Both the position numbers and the translations under genes were made by a program. The notes beneath the pieces were generated by a model. The model was given only the letters and a program-made list of their open reading frames with translations. It had not been told where the DNA came from and did no database searches. Shown piece by piece: positions 1 through 10,890 of a DNA stretch of 64,000 bases. Source of the DNA: a virus (lineage: Duplodnaviria; Caudoviricetes); IMG/VR virus record IMGVR_UViG_2905639403_000004, positions 9,376-73,375 of that record. The stretch is one strand, 5' to 3'. Position 1 is the first letter of the stretch; the number at the start of each line of letters is the position of its first letter.

Positions 1-2325
1 CTGTTTCTGCTGCTTTTTTTGAGCTGCATCAGTTGACTTGTTAATGCCATCCCACCATTTGACTACATTGTTAGTCATTTGACGAGCATCCCAGCCAAGA
101 CCACCTAGCCAACTATTAGCTGGCTTTTTCTTAGCATTCCAGCCATCAGTAAACTTCTTAGCGGCATCGCCGGCCCATTTACCGACTGTTTTGCCAATTG
201 TCGCACCAACCGCTGCGCCTAAGGGACCACCAAAGAAAGCACCGATGCCACCACCAATCAGCGTCCCGGAAGATTCACCAACGGCAGAAAACTTTTGGCC
301 AACAGTACCTCCTTTAGAAAAGGCCTTTGTTAAATCCTTAATATCTGAAATAGCATCATAGGCAATTGTGACAGTCGCCATGCCCTTGCCAAGTGCACTG
401 CTATTAAGCTTGCTGAAGTTTGACAGGATTGATTGAGCTAGTTTAGTATCACCCAGCGCTTTCAGACCGCTGTACACATGACCCAATCCTGCTGCAAATT
501 CCAGTGCTTTTTTTGTCATCCAAAGCCCTGCAATCACTTTGACGGTAGTTTGAATACCAGATTTATTTTTGACAATATCATCCAGCACATCATGGATAGC
601 TTTTAGCGGGTCTTTCATCGTCTTTGCATTGGAACCACCGACATTTAGCCAACCAGCGATGTCTTTGATTGCGGTTTTAAACAAGGACCAGACTTCTCCA
701 CCAGCAACTTTGGCAATGTCCCACATATCTCCGGCAATACCAGTAACATCTTTTTTGTGTGCGGAAACATAGTCCAGAACGTTCTTGGCCCAATTAGCAA
801 TAGTTGCCAGCCCTTTACCTAGTGTAGTAGCGGCACTTTGAACAACAGATGATGTCAAAATCCCAGCAAGTGATTGCATGCCACTATTCTTAACATTAAG
901 CAATGGTGCTGCCATCTTAGCCTTGATTGTTGTCCAACTACCGGACAGCTGCGCAATGGCGCCTTCACTAGTTTTTCCAAATTGGTCAAATGTGCTCTTG
1001 CTTGTTGTCCCAACTTTGTAAACTAAGTTCATGAAGTCGTCAGACTTGATTTTCCCGTCAGCAACCATTTTGGCAAATGACTCCTGACTGACTCCAGCAG
1101 CTTTGGCTAATTGTGCGCCTAATGTAGGAGCCTGCTTTTCAAGTTTGGCAAGGTTTGTTGTTGTTAAATTACCTGAAGCAACGACACGTGTCATCGCTTT
1201 AGACAATGAATCCATGCCGTCTCCGCCTTTGTGCGAAGCCGTAGCAATGCTGGCAATACCAGCACTAATGACTAGAGTTTTATCAGTGACACCATGTGTC
1301 ATGGTATCAACGGTGGTTTGCATTTTGTTAACTTCGCCACCGGTTGCACCAGTCTCACTGCGCAAATATGACATTTGATCGGAAAGAATCTGGATATCAT
1401 TGGCTGACTTACCCATGTTCTCCCATGTCATTTTCAGCTTTTCTCCGGCCTCGTTAAGTTCTAGCCCAGACTTTACCGTGTCAGTAATGCTTGAGCTTAG
1501 ACGTTGCCAGCCGCTCGTAATGGCATTGGTGATTAAGCCACCCTCAACAATTTTGTGAAGCAAACCCGGTGTCTTTTCGGCTTGCTTGTTTGTTCCCGAT
1601 ATAGCTTCCTTAACTCTGTTGAAAACAGATGGATTAGCCTTCTCCATTTCAGCTTGCAAACCGGTCATAGAAGACTTAGCCTTTGCTAAACTGGTAGCCG
1701 TTTCATCAACACGCGTCTTCTGTGTACGCCATGCGTCTGAATCCTTGCCACTAGCACTGGCAATCTTATCCAACTCAGCAGACTGTTTAGACAGCTGCTC
1801 ATTAAGATTGGTAATGGAGGACTTATAGCCTTCCATCTTGGCCTTGTTGGCTTCTTGCTGATTGCCTTCAGCCTCTAAGCGAGTCACATAAGCTTGGTTG
1901 GCACGTGCAGCAGCTGTGTATTCTTGCTGTAATCCTGCCAATCCAGACTTTTGATAGTCCATTGCTTGCTTGGCACGATCTTGCTGAGCTTGCATACTAG
2001 CAAGCTGCTTAGTTGCACCATCAATTTGTTGCTGATACTTTAAAAACTGTTGAGCAACATCGGCGGTATTGCCCTTCAACTCAGCTTGTTTGGCTTTTAG
2101 GGCGTCAATCTTAGACTGCTGTGATTCAATAGACTTACCCAAGCCGTCATACTTGGCTTGAGCAGCTCCAACTGCATCACCAGCGGATTTCATCTCCGCC
2201 TCTTGAGCTTTCCAAGCATTTTGGCTAGAACGAACAACCGCCGTTAATGATTTGACGGATTCGCTTGCCGACAATAGATCAAGGGCAATCTTGGTGCTCA
2301 TTGTTGCGTTAATTTGTTGTGCCAC
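1..2325 (-). CDS. Tail tape measure protein (3' part outside window)
   Basis: Long Ala/Gly-rich minus-strand frame from GTG at 2325, directly after the tail chaperone genes; absent from ORF track because it runs off the edge. Confidence 0.85.
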   Translation of the reverse strand, partial: MAQQINATMSTKIALDLLSASESVKSLTAVVRSSQNAWKAQEAEMKSAGDAVGAAQAKYDGLGKSIESQQSKIDALKAKQAELKGNTADVAQQFLKYQQQIDGATKQLASMQAQQDRAKQAMDYQKSGLAGLQQEYTAAARANQAYVTRLEAEGNQQEANKAKMEGYKSSITNLNEQLSKQSAELDKIASASGKDSDAWRTQKTRVDETATSLAKAKSSMTGLQAEMEKANPSVFNRVKEAISGTNKQAEKTPGLLHKIVEGGLITNAITSGWQRLSSSITDTVKSGLELNEAGEKLKMTWENMGKSANDIQILSDQMSYLRSETGATGGEVNKMQTTVDTMTHGVTDKTLVISAGIASIATASHKGGDGMDSLSKAMTRVVASGNLTTTNLAKLEKQAPTLGAQLAKAAGVSQESFAKMVADGKIKSDDFMNLVYKVGTTSKSTFDQFGKTSEGAIAQLSGSWTTIKAKMAAPLLNVKNSGMQSLAGILTSSVVQSAATTLGKGLATIANWAKNVLDYVSAHKKDVTGIAGDMWDIAKVAGGEVWSLFKTAIKDIAGWLNVGGSNAKTMKDPLKAIHDVLDDIVKNKSGIQTTVKVIAGLWMTKKALEFAAGLGHVYSGLKALGDTKLAQSILSNFSKLNSSALGKGMATVTIAYDAISDIKDLTKAFSKGGTVGQKFSAVGESSGTLIGGGIGAFFGGPLGAAVGATIGKTVGKWAGDAAKKFTDGWNAKKKPANSWLGGLGWDARQMTNNVVKWWDGINKSTDAAQKKQQKQ

Positions 2326-2330
2326 TTTAA

Positions 2331-2561
2331 TCACCCTTTCTCTTGGTATTGCTGCCACATGATTGCCGGATCAATTGGCCGGTCTTTCTTATCCTTGGCA
2401 GACATCATTTCAAACATTTCGAAATAATCAGCTTCATCAAAATCATTTAGTGACCAGTGAAAGAAAACGACTGCTTGTTTTTTAGACCATCTAAAATCTT
2501 GAAGCTGATTTTCAAGTTCATAAACTTTGACGGCTGGATTAATCTTTACTTTTGCTGGCAT
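2331..2561 (-). CDS. Tail assembly chaperone, downstream (gpT-like) part
   Basis: Overlaps end of upstream chaperone and precedes tape measure. Confidence 0.65.
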   Translation of the reverse strand: MPAKVKINPAVKVYELENQLQDFRWSKKQAVVFFHWSLNDFDEADYFEMFEMMSAKDKKDRPIDPAIMWQQYQEKG

Positions 2562-2889
2562 CCTGCTTCTTGGCAGCTAAGTCAATATCCTCATCACTCA
2601 TGCCCATCATGCGTTCAAAAGTGTAATTAACTGCCTGAATAGTGTCGGCAAATTCTAGGTCTCCAAGTTTTTCAATTTCTTGCTTGTTCAGGGCTAAAAC
2701 CGTGGTCAAGAAGTCGATTGAGTCATGCAGCATATCGCGCTGCATCTTAATAATTTCTACCGGTTCCATATCCGCAACATCGTCTGCCTTGGCCATCAGT
2801 AACTGTAAGTCGTACATCTTTTCCATGTTCCGATTGGTTGTCTTTACCTCATGTACACGATTGCTAAGCTGACTAACTTTGATCTTCAT
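2539..2889 (-). CDS. Tail assembly chaperone (gpG-like)
   Basis: Between major tail and tape measure; start MKIKVSQ preceded by AAGGA. Confidence 0.75.
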   Translation of the reverse strand: MKIKVSQLSNRVHEVKTTNRNMEKMYDLQLLMAKADDVADMEPVEIIKMQRDMLHDSIDFLTTVLALNKQEIEKLGDLEFADTIQAVNYTFERMMGMSDEDIDLAAKKQDASKSKD

Positions 2890-3051
2890 TGTTAATACCA
2901 TCCTTTGTATTTGATAAGGTCGCTGTGGTGAATCGGACACCACCAAGTTCACCAGAAAGCGACTTTTGAGCATAAAAAATAGCGCACGTTTGTGAGCCAT
3001 TCATCAGTTGTTGCTATGAAATTGCGTCAGATTACGTCTGTCAGCACCGGC

Positions 3052-3663
3052 TTATTTGCCTAATGATGAGGGTGTCAATACGTATCCGCCGAACACTTCT
3101 TTGTACATGTTGGCTTTATCAAACTTGCTATCAAGATCGCTATAAATCTTGTACGGCTGATTATTAAAGGCCATAGTAGAAAGTGCTGTATAAGTCAAAG
3201 CGTCATCTACACGTTGTTCTGCTGCCGCATCAGTCTGAATGTTAGCTGCGGTTTCGGTCATGATGCCATCACCAAATCCATAGTAAACAAAGTGCGCCCG
3301 ATCAATGGTTTGGGTGGTAATAAGCAAGGCCACATGAGCCTTCAAATTCTCATCGGTCCAACCGCCTTTTTTATCACTGACAAACCCTTTAATTTGCTGT
3401 TTGACTTGGTAATTCAAGTTGTTAATATCCAAAGCCACTGTTGGTTCTGAAGTACCAACCATAACGTCTTGGACAGCATTGTTGCCATAACTCTTAGCAA
3501 TCGTGCCTGCTAAGTTAGTAATGTTGGCAGTTTTAGTACCTAAATCTTTGTGATCGACAGTATAGATACCGTCTGTGCTTAGTCCTGTATCAGCGCCAGA
3601 AATTAACTTTTGCTGTGCATCAACCAAAGCTAGCTGGATTTGATATAAACCTACTGTTGCCAT
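3052..3663 (-). CDS. Major tail protein
   Basis: 203 aa, MATVGL start, GNN motif, synteny. Confidence 0.85.
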   Translation of the reverse strand: MATVGLYQIQLALVDAQQKLISGADTGLSTDGIYTVDHKDLGTKTANITNLAGTIAKSYGNNAVQDVMVGTSEPTVALDINNLNYQVKQQIKGFVSDKKGGWTDENLKAHVALLITTQTIDRAHFVYYGFGDGIMTETAANIQTDAAAEQRVDDALTYTALSTMAFNNQPYKIYSDLDSKFDKANMYKEVFGGYVLTPSSLGK

Positions 3664-3676
3664 TTAAATCGTCTCC

Positions 3677-4048
3677 TTAAATGTTTTTTGTTCTGCTGAA
3701 ATAAAATGTGTTGAAAAGCTGTGATGTGTCTGGGTCAAATGTTCGTTGCCTGACGGCCGCTACCTGCCAATGCTGATGAGTAAAAGCCTTCATCATGGCT
3801 ATCTCAATGATTTCGGGATCAGAATCAAGCAATTGCGAGTACCAAATCTGTACTTCTACTTCCTGATTTAATGCCCAGAAATCATTGTTACCATGGGCGG
3901 TAGGATCATCAGCAGCATCAGTAATCAGCACGACTGTTTTGTTCAGATTATCGACTAATTCTTTCGGCAAGTTATTGCCTTTAACTGCATTGATATTGGC
4001 AATCCCGGCTTGTCTAAGCATCGTTACCGCATCATCTACGGCACTCAT
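3677..4048 (-). CDS. Tail terminator/completion protein (DUF806-like)
   Basis: Synteny; EVQIWY motif. Confidence 0.7.
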   Translation of the reverse strand: MSAVDDAVTMLRQAGIANINAVKGNNLPKELVDNLNKTVVLITDAADDPTAHGNNDFWALNQEVEVQIWYSQLLDSDPEIIEIAMMKAFTHQHWQVAAVRQRTFDPDTSQLFNTFYFSRTKNI

Positions 4049-4464
4049 TTATCCCCACCACCATTCGCTTTGGCAATCATTGCCTGATATTTCTCGGCTT
4101 CAGCGGCAAATACAGCGTCTTTGGCATCGTCACGGGCATTATCAACAAAGTGATCGCCGCGAATATACTTGGTGCCATCATTCAAGAAGCGGGCAATGTG
4201 GGCTTTATTGTGGAACCCAACCGTTGAACTTCCATTATGGTCACCGTCAATATCTCCCGCAGCACTCCTGATGTCATCGCTCAAATGTCCATACTTACCG
4301 CCGTCTCCCTTAGTATTTGGGTGCTTCTCTTTGGTGGTCTCTGCTAGATTCTCGGCGTAAACATCAGCACCAGCCTTGGTAATCTTCTCTTGGTCAGATA
4401 CAGAAAGCTGTGCGGCCTTTGATACTTGCTTAAGCCATTGGCCAAGTGCCTCATCCATGTCCAC
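4045..4464 (-). CDS. HK97 gp10-like neck protein
   Basis: ARFLNDGTK motif, synteny. Confidence 0.8.
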   Translation of the reverse strand: MDMDEALGQWLKQVSKAAQLSVSDQEKITKAGADVYAENLAETTKEKHPNTKGDGGKYGHLSDDIRSAAGDIDGDHNGSSTVGFHNKAHIARFLNDGTKYIRGDHFVDNARDDAKDAVFAAEAEKYQAMIAKANGGGDK

Positions 4465-4466
4465 GG

Positions 4467-4808
4467 TTATGCCCCCTTAGTTGTTTTGACTAGGGTCAGA
4501 TAGTCATAGCGAATAGCATCGTTTGAATCGTCTGGACTAATGTCTGAAATGTCATACACGATGCAATCTATTCTTGCTTGCTGTTGGCTTGCGTTACGTA
4601 CATCGTGCCTGACAATAATCGTGATTGAATTATCCAAACGTGTGCCCACAAGCGTGTACTGCTGGGTGAGTGTCCGCGTCTGCTGCTTGAAATGCAGACT
4701 ATAATTCGGAACAAAGCTAGTGATATTAATGCCAGCACCAGTCGTGTGTGATTTTGGAGAGCCGAGATCAACCTTGCGGCTGAAATCGGCTACTTTAAAT
4801 TTAGCCAT
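4467..4808 (-). CDS. Head closure/head-tail adaptor
   Basis: Synteny, size; likely start MAKFKV. Confidence 0.75.
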   Translation of the reverse strand: MAKFKVADFSRKVDLGSPKSHTTGAGINITSFVPNYSLHFKQQTRTLTQQYTLVGTRLDNSITIIVRHDVRNASQQQARIDCIVYDISDISPDDSNDAIRYDYLTLVKTTKGA

Positions 4809-5151
4809 CAGTCTCACCAGCCTTTGCTGCTTGATCACGCTGAATCTTCCAACGAATGCTGTTGATCATGTAAGCATAGCTGGGTGGATAGGCCTTGCTT
4901 TGATCAGATAGTGTGCCTCGTGAGTAATACATGAAGTCCACCAGCACCCGAACCGCCTGATTGAACAGAGGGTACTTTCGATAAACTTCAACTGCAATCG
5001 TGTCATCGACAGCATTCATCACTGCGCTTTCCGCCGTGTTAATCAAGCTGCTAAGAATCTGCGCATCACCATCAGTGTCCAGATTCAGGTAGGATTGCAT
5101 ATCATCAGCGGTAACTCTAACGGTATCGGTCGTTGCATCGGCCATATTCAA
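4801..5151 (-). CDS. Head-tail connector (gp6-like)
   Basis: YLNLD...LINTAE...YYSR pattern after capsid. Confidence 0.8.
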   Translation of the reverse strand: MNMADATTDTVRVTADDMQSYLNLDTDGDAQILSSLINTAESAVMNAVDDTIAVEVYRKYPLFNQAVRVLVDFMYYSRGTLSDQSKAYPPSYAYMINSIRWKIQRDQAAKAGETDG

Positions 5152-5216
5152 TCCTCCTTTAGTGGCCGCCCGCCTTATCGGCGAATTGTTTATTTCTTAG
5201 GCGACTAATAATCGTA

Positions 5217-6395
5217 TTACTTACCAAGACCGGAACCAGATACAGCATCTGTATTGGTCACAAAATATCCGGCATTGCTATCGGCCTGTTTGACGCCAAA
5301 TCGGAACGCGGCACCAAGATATTGGCCCCAAATTTTATCGTCAATCCATGCAAGTGTTACCTGTTGACGATCCGTAAACAGGACACCACGCTTCAGATCA
5401 CCAACGAATGCTTTTTGATCACCTGCAAGAGAGCCGAGAAGAGTATCACCAACAACATATACGGGAACACCAAGAACCGTGCCCTTTGCAGTTCCGTCAG
5501 TAATAGAATCGGAGGCGTCGTGAAGCAAGTAGCGGCCGTTCTTATCCTTTAAAGTGTCAAGTGTGTTGAACAAAGACTGAGTAACCACAAGAGCACGGCT
5601 ATATGCTGGATCAAGATCAACGTTCAGGATGTGCTTAAGGCTATCTACAAGAGTATCAGTGGTTGTTGCCTTGGCTTTGAATGACTGTAATACAGGCGCA
5701 ATCATCGCGTTGTAAGTATTAACAGACTTCTCCTTAATAGATTGACCAACAAGCGCAGTCAAATCGACTTGCGAATCAGCGATGGCTTCTTCTGAAAGCG
5801 GGATGGCCCCGCGATACGTGGCCACCGACCAATCCACTTGAGTGAAATTCGGTTCAGCAAGTGCCGGATTCTCAGCCAGCTCTGCCACACTGGAAAAACG
5901 ATCAGTCGCCCGCTTCAAAATCGGGTATGTGCCCTTAGGAGTAGTAACCGGCGTCTTGGTAACCAAGGTGGACAAATCCACAACCGAATTTACCTCTGCG
6001 GTAGGGTCATAAATAATTTCTTCCGGAATCAGCACACCAGCTTCGGTCGAAGTGACGTGACTGGCTACGTTTTCAATCACCTTGCCATGGCTATGGATGA
6101 AGTCGTTGATAGCTTTCTTCTTGGCGTCAATTGGCTTTTTCTTTAAGTCTGTTCCATTTGGATTAGCCTTGTCTTTTGGCTTGTCAGAGTTAGAATCATC
6201 CTTCTTTTCAGCTTCAAGGGCTTTAATCTGATCGTTAATAGCGTCCCGACGTGCCTTGGCAGCGGTCAAGTCGTCCTTGATCTTTTGAAAATCATCCACA
6301 GATGCATTTTCATCTTGTAATTTTGCGTTGAGCTGCGCGTTGAGGTCAGCACACTTGGCACTGACTTCATTAAAAAGCGTTTGTAATTTGTCCAT
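5217..6395 (-). CDS. Major capsid protein (HK97 fold)
   Basis: Coiled-coil delta domain, GVLIPEE, LKDKNGRYL motifs. Confidence 0.93.
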   Translation of the reverse strand: MDKLQTLFNEVSAKCADLNAQLNAKLQDENASVDDFQKIKDDLTAAKARRDAINDQIKALEAEKKDDSNSDKPKDKANPNGTDLKKKPIDAKKKAINDFIHSHGKVIENVASHVTSTEAGVLIPEEIIYDPTAEVNSVVDLSTLVTKTPVTTPKGTYPILKRATDRFSSVAELAENPALAEPNFTQVDWSVATYRGAIPLSEEAIADSQVDLTALVGQSIKEKSVNTYNAMIAPVLQSFKAKATTTDTLVDSLKHILNVDLDPAYSRALVVTQSLFNTLDTLKDKNGRYLLHDASDSITDGTAKGTVLGVPVYVVGDTLLGSLAGDQKAFVGDLKRGVLFTDRQQVTLAWIDDKIWGQYLGAAFRFGVKQADSNAGYFVTNTDAVSGSGLGK

Positions 6396-7090
6396 TATTG
6401 GACCTCCTTTTTGTCATAAAAAATAGCCAGCTTCTTGTTTAGCAGATCATTCTGCTTTGGAAGTTGACTACGTAGCTTTTCATTTTCATCTTTCAGATTC
6501 TTAATTAGTTGAACTGCGTGATGTGGAATAATCGGACCCATAGCGTTTACAATTGGCGTATCGAAGTCTAGCTTTTCATCTGCCAATCCTAGTTCGACAG
6601 CTTGATCAGCGTCTAGCCAAGTTTCTTTATCCATCAATGCTAAAAAGTCATCGGCAGATTTCCCAGTCTTTGCAGAGTACAGGCTTGCGATTGCGCTATC
6701 GGTAGTTTGCAGCATTCCAGAAGCGGCATCCATCTCGTGCGAATTACCACTAGCATCACTTGATGCTCGATGAATCATCATCTTGGCGCCTGGCGCCATC
6801 TGAACCTTATTAGCCCCCATGGCAACAATTGTTGCAGCAGAATACGCGTTTGACATCACCTTCGCTGTCACATTTCCTTGATAGCTACGCAAAGCATTGC
6901 AAATTTCCGTTGCTGGATCTACCTCGCCACCATTTGATGTAATTTCAAGTGTGACATCGGATCCGTCCGCTGGCAGAGACCCAATCACATCAGCCGGCGA
7001 AACAACTGCTTGTCCAAACCAATCACGATAAATCGGAGCATCATCGTCATTAGTAATTGCACCATTAATTTTAATTGTCACCTTCATCAC
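6395..7090 (-). CDS. ClpP-like prohead protease
   Basis: ITSNGG, AYSAAT, MMIH, ETWL motifs. Confidence 0.92.
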   Translation of the reverse strand: MMKVTIKINGAITNDDDAPIYRDWFGQAVVSPADVIGSLPADGSDVTLEITSNGGEVDPATEICNALRSYQGNVTAKVMSNAYSAATIVAMGANKVQMAPGAKMMIHRASSDASGNSHEMDAASGMLQTTDSAIASLYSAKTGKSADDFLALMDKETWLDADQAVELGLADEKLDFDTPIVNAMGPIIPHHAVQLIKNLKDENEKLRSQLPKQNDLLNKKLAIFYDKKEVQ

Positions 7091-8228
7091 CTCCCTTCAC
7101 TTGTGTAGTAAGTGGCTCGAACTCAGGCAAGTTATTGGGGAAAAATTTCGATCCCTTGAGCATGGATTGAGCCTGATCTACTCCCACTAAACCAGCCTTT
7201 GCAAGATTTGATAACTGGTTAATCAGTATTGAGTCGTCAACATCCAACATGTTTTTGATATCTAGCTCAAGGTCCGGTGCGTTCATCTTCAAACGCAGCT
7301 CATCCACGATTGGATTAACATATGAGTTTAAGTTCGCCAGATATGTTGCCTTGATCTGGTCAATGTTTGAGTGTTGGCTTTCGGTCGATGTTCCGCCGCC
7401 CAAAATATCGCTAGGCACACCAAAGGCCTTGGAGATTTGATCAGCAGAGTATGCTGAATTATCAGCCAAAGCTTTAAAAACGTCAGTCTTCATTTCAAGC
7501 TGGGTGTAATCGAACCCATCCGGTAAAACCATCAAGCGACCGGAGTTATCACCGGTATTTGCCTTCTCAAACTCTTCACGAGCCGCTTCTAAGTCCTTGC
7601 CATCGCTTAAATAGTTGCTTATTTTTAGCTGACCGGCTGGATTGATCTGATTTTCCATAGCGCTCATGTTGCTCTTTGAGGCTTTATCGTCCAAATTAAG
7701 GGCGTTTTGTAAGCTTTCTAAAGGCGATCGGCCAATCAAATATCGATATTGTGGGTCTGGCATGAGCCTAAAATGCAGCATTTGGTCTTGCCTAAGCACC
7801 ATTTGAGGACGATCATTGCTCTCCAAAACCGTATAAACAATGCCCATATTGCCTGGTAAATAGTTAATTTGGACGTCAGAGTTAGGAATATGCTCCAGAT
7901 TCTGCCCAACTAACGGGATATAGTCGTTGCCTGACAAACAAAGTTGCATCAACGCACCTTGCCAGAAAGAAAACCGGCCTATCAAGCTGCTAGGGCTCTC
8001 AAGTCGGTTCAATGTTGCAGTATTTTCAGTTTTGAAGTGTGCCGAGGCAACATCGCTAGCAATACGGTTAATCACACTATAAACATTAGTGTTTTGCAAA
8101 GCGGACAGCGCCGAAACATAAGACAGCTGCATGCCGCCAACCGTGGTCGTGAAAAAAGCATAATTGCTCGGATAAACCATGTTTTTGGCCTTGCGTTTGC
8201 TGAAATTTTTAGGGGTTAGAAGTCCCAT
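7071..8228 (-). CDS. Portal protein
   Basis: HK97-type portal motifs (GRSPL, ISKAFGVP). Confidence 0.92.
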   Translation of the reverse strand: MGLLTPKNFSKRKAKNMVYPSNYAFFTTTVGGMQLSYVSALSALQNTNVYSVINRIASDVASAHFKTENTATLNRLESPSSLIGRFSFWQGALMQLCLSGNDYIPLVGQNLEHIPNSDVQINYLPGNMGIVYTVLESNDRPQMVLRQDQMLHFRLMPDPQYRYLIGRSPLESLQNALNLDDKASKSNMSAMENQINPAGQLKISNYLSDGKDLEAAREEFEKANTGDNSGRLMVLPDGFDYTQLEMKTDVFKALADNSAYSADQISKAFGVPSDILGGGTSTESQHSNIDQIKATYLANLNSYVNPIVDELRLKMNAPDLELDIKNMLDVDDSILINQLSNLAKAGLVGVDQAQSMLKGSKFFPNNLPEFEPLTTQVKGGDEGDN

Positions 8229-8234
8229 TTAGCT

Positions 8235-8408
8235 TCACCCCCTTTCTTTGTCCAAAATATAAGCAGCTAAGCACGTCTCAAGACCTGCAACTAGATAACC
8301 AATAACAACGTTAAAGGTGAATGCTGCTACCGCAATTAGTGCCAAACCGATGATAAAGAGCATCACTGTGCCCCAATTGCTGAACAAATTGCTAATAATT
8401 TTTGCCAT
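8235..8408 (-). CDS. Small membrane protein (57 aa) between terminase and portal
   Basis: Read manually: MAKIISNLFSNWGTVMLFIIGLAL..., GGAGG RBS, two hydrophobic stretches. Confidence 0.7.
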   Translation of the reverse strand: MAKIISNLFSNWGTVMLFIIGLALIAVAAFTFNVVIGYLVAGLETCLAAYILDKERG

Positions 8409-10306
8409 TATTTACCACCTCCAAACATTGCCTTGAAGAAGTCACGTTTTCCTTTTGCGTCTAGGTCATTAAGCGGGTTATATCCATCATCATGATAGTT
8501 TTCGAAGTAGAATTTTGCCTGCGCATGGGCATTAATAAGCGCATCGGTCGTATCAATATGATCACTCGTGCGATTTTGACGGTCAATCTTGACCGAACCG
8601 CCGCGATCTTCTACCAGTACAGCATTGTTTAGCCCATCAATCAGCAGCGGATCGTTCAACATCGAAATGTTGCCATTAATAAACAGATTCTGAAAATCCT
8701 TGGTAGGTTCATTCAGCTTGAACGAGGTAGGAGGCAAAGGAAACCATTGCCACTGCGGTTGATAATTCTCCAGTTTCTTTTCTAGCCATTCACCGTGGTT
8801 TGGATCAGCAATGATGAATTTTACTTTGAGCCGATGTTGATTAACGTAATCAACCAACCACTGGTAAACCTGATCGGTGTTGATTACGCCTGATGCAAGA
8901 TTCGTAATATCCACAAAACCTTCATCTTGCAATTTAAGGTAATCTAATCCGTCCTGTTTCGACTTGGCTTCAATGGTTTTTGCCTGTGCAAATGGAATGA
9001 AGCTATGCTGCTGAACATGAAACATGTGTTTATCATGATCAGTGTACGGATAAATGAAGCCAAAAGACGTATTGTCATTGGTCTGCGACCCGTCAAACCC
9101 TATGAACACATCACGTCCATTCACATCGAAATGGTCGATAATACTGCGCTGAATGTTGTCTAGGGACAAATAGCTGTTTTGAAATCGCCGGCTCCATAGA
9201 TTTAGGGACTTATTTACGAAGGTTTCAAGTGTTCCTTCACGTTCGTTATCGTTGCGATCTTGGTTAAGCGCATTTTGAAGGTTGTCCCGTTTACTCTTTT
9301 GCAGCTCAAGCAGATTAGGATTAGATTTTGCCCATGTTTCGGGTTCAAATACCTCATCCTCCGAGTCCTGAGAATAAATTACTTGGAATACGTTGTCAGC
9401 GTCTCGAACGGCGTCATGCTCAATGGCAGCCCTAGTTACGTCTTCATCATTCTTAAACTTGACCTTGATATCAGGGTAAGCTGTTGAAATCTTGACGAAC
9501 ATTCGGTTCTTAATGCCATTTTGCCCGGATGTAATCTGCTTTAAGGTCTCATTCAAGGCTGGCCTCAAGTTACCAATTTCATCATAAACAGCGATTGCAT
9601 TGTGGAAACTATCAAAGCCACCGCCTTGTGAGGTACCTTTTCGGATCGTGTTCTTAGTGTTTTTTGCAATAACTTGCGTGGTTTGAGATTCCACGCCTCG
9701 CTCTCTAGCATCATCTGCAAAGTCCGGCAGGGATAAAATTGTCTTCGCCTGCAAAGACACGTCATTGAACAGCTTGGTTGCGTGTTCACTATCGTAGCTG
9801 GCCACCAGCAAGTCCTGTGATGTCGCATTCCAGCACACTACAAAGTAGTAGAAATTGATCAGGATAGAAGCAAGCCAAGTCTTGCCCTGTTGGCGAGCAA
9901 TAGATATGTTGGAAGTTGTGAATCGAGTACCGTTGTCAACGGTTCGCCAACCAATCAAGCTATCAAGGATAAACGATTGCCATTTGAATGGCTGAATTGT
10001 TTTTGAAGTATCGTCTGGATTGGGCAGCAACCGTGAAAAGTATTCAATTGCGTTGACCATGTCTGAGCTGTATTGGTAGGGGAAATCATCATTGCCAATT
10101 CTAAGCAAATCGTTTAAGTGCCGAATACATGCCAGCTGAACGTCTCTACCAGTCATGTACTTATCCGTAAACATCACGTCATAAGCGTACCTTGTCCCTG
10201 GATCATGGTACTTATCAAACAGTCCTTGGTAATCTGATTGGTACGGCTTTACGTAGCCGCGAATATCTTGCACACCGGTAAAATCAAACGTCTGCACCAA
10301 AGCCAA
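8408..10306 (-). CDS. Terminase large subunit
   Basis: ARQQGKT Walker A, YDE Walker B, nuclease domain. Confidence 0.95.
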   Translation of the reverse strand: MALVQTFDFTGVQDIRGYVKPYQSDYQGLFDKYHDPGTRYAYDVMFTDKYMTGRDVQLACIRHLNDLLRIGNDDFPYQYSSDMVNAIEYFSRLLPNPDDTSKTIQPFKWQSFILDSLIGWRTVDNGTRFTTSNISIARQQGKTWLASILINFYYFVVCWNATSQDLLVASYDSEHATKLFNDVSLQAKTILSLPDFADDARERGVESQTTQVIAKNTKNTIRKGTSQGGGFDSFHNAIAVYDEIGNLRPALNETLKQITSGQNGIKNRMFVKISTAYPDIKVKFKNDEDVTRAAIEHDAVRDADNVFQVIYSQDSEDEVFEPETWAKSNPNLLELQKSKRDNLQNALNQDRNDNEREGTLETFVNKSLNLWSRRFQNSYLSLDNIQRSIIDHFDVNGRDVFIGFDGSQTNDNTSFGFIYPYTDHDKHMFHVQQHSFIPFAQAKTIEAKSKQDGLDYLKLQDEGFVDITNLASGVINTDQVYQWLVDYVNQHRLKVKFIIADPNHGEWLEKKLENYQPQWQWFPLPPTSFKLNEPTKDFQNLFINGNISMLNDPLLIDGLNNAVLVEDRGGSVKIDRQNRTSDHIDTTDALINAHAQAKFYFENYHDDGYNPLNDLDAKGKRDFFKAMFGGGK

Positions 10307-10760
10307 CCTCCTTCAGCGGACTGTTTTTCTTAGGCTTTTCTGGTTCTTCAACAGTGATCTGGCGTAGTCCAGAGTCAAATGTAAGACCTAAATCATGCCC
10401 TAGTGCCTTCATGTTTTTAACACACGAGTCCATTTGAACAGCTCCCGGAGAGCGCTTCACCGCAACATCATCGTTGTCATAAATCCACAGCCCTTGTTTT
10501 TCGATTAGCTGCTCAGACTTAATGTAAATAGAGTAATAACGGCAATACAATTCAAGCGCTGGCTGATCTATCTTTTTAAGATAGCCAATTTTCTTTATTT
10601 CCGGAACAATCGCCTTCCAAAGACGCGATGCTTCATCATCAAGATGAGCTGGCGGTGTGTTCTGGATCTCCTTAAGATCATCGTCATCAGCTGTCACGGT
10701 ATTTGAGCTTTTTGAGTGCAATACTGTCAATTTTGGTTGATTTTCAGGCAAAAAACACAC
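10284..10760 (-). CDS. Terminase small subunit (P27 family)
   Basis: PPAHL...W and LGLT motifs. Confidence 0.9.
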   Translation of the reverse strand: MCFLPENQPKLTVLHSKSSNTVTADDDDLKEIQNTPPAHLDDEASRLWKAIVPEIKKIGYLKKIDQPALELYCRYYSIYIKSEQLIEKQGLWIYDNDDVAVKRSPGAVQMDSCVKNMKALGHDLGLTFDSGLRQITVEEPEKPKKNSPLKEVGFGADV

Positions 10761-10890
10761 CTCCTTTCAGCATCAGAAACCGCTATTTATTGGGATTCAA
10801 GTCTAAAAAGCCGAAATTTTTCAAAAAATGGTTTTTCGGCAAATGGACACTGGTGTGTGAGGTCCCCTGCGATCTACATAGGGGCCCCCG

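Noticed and set aside
2535-2565. Programmed frameshift in prophage 1 tail chaperone
   Set aside because: Expected by synteny, but the downstream ORF is in the +1 frame and no clear slippery site is visible, so no site is called.
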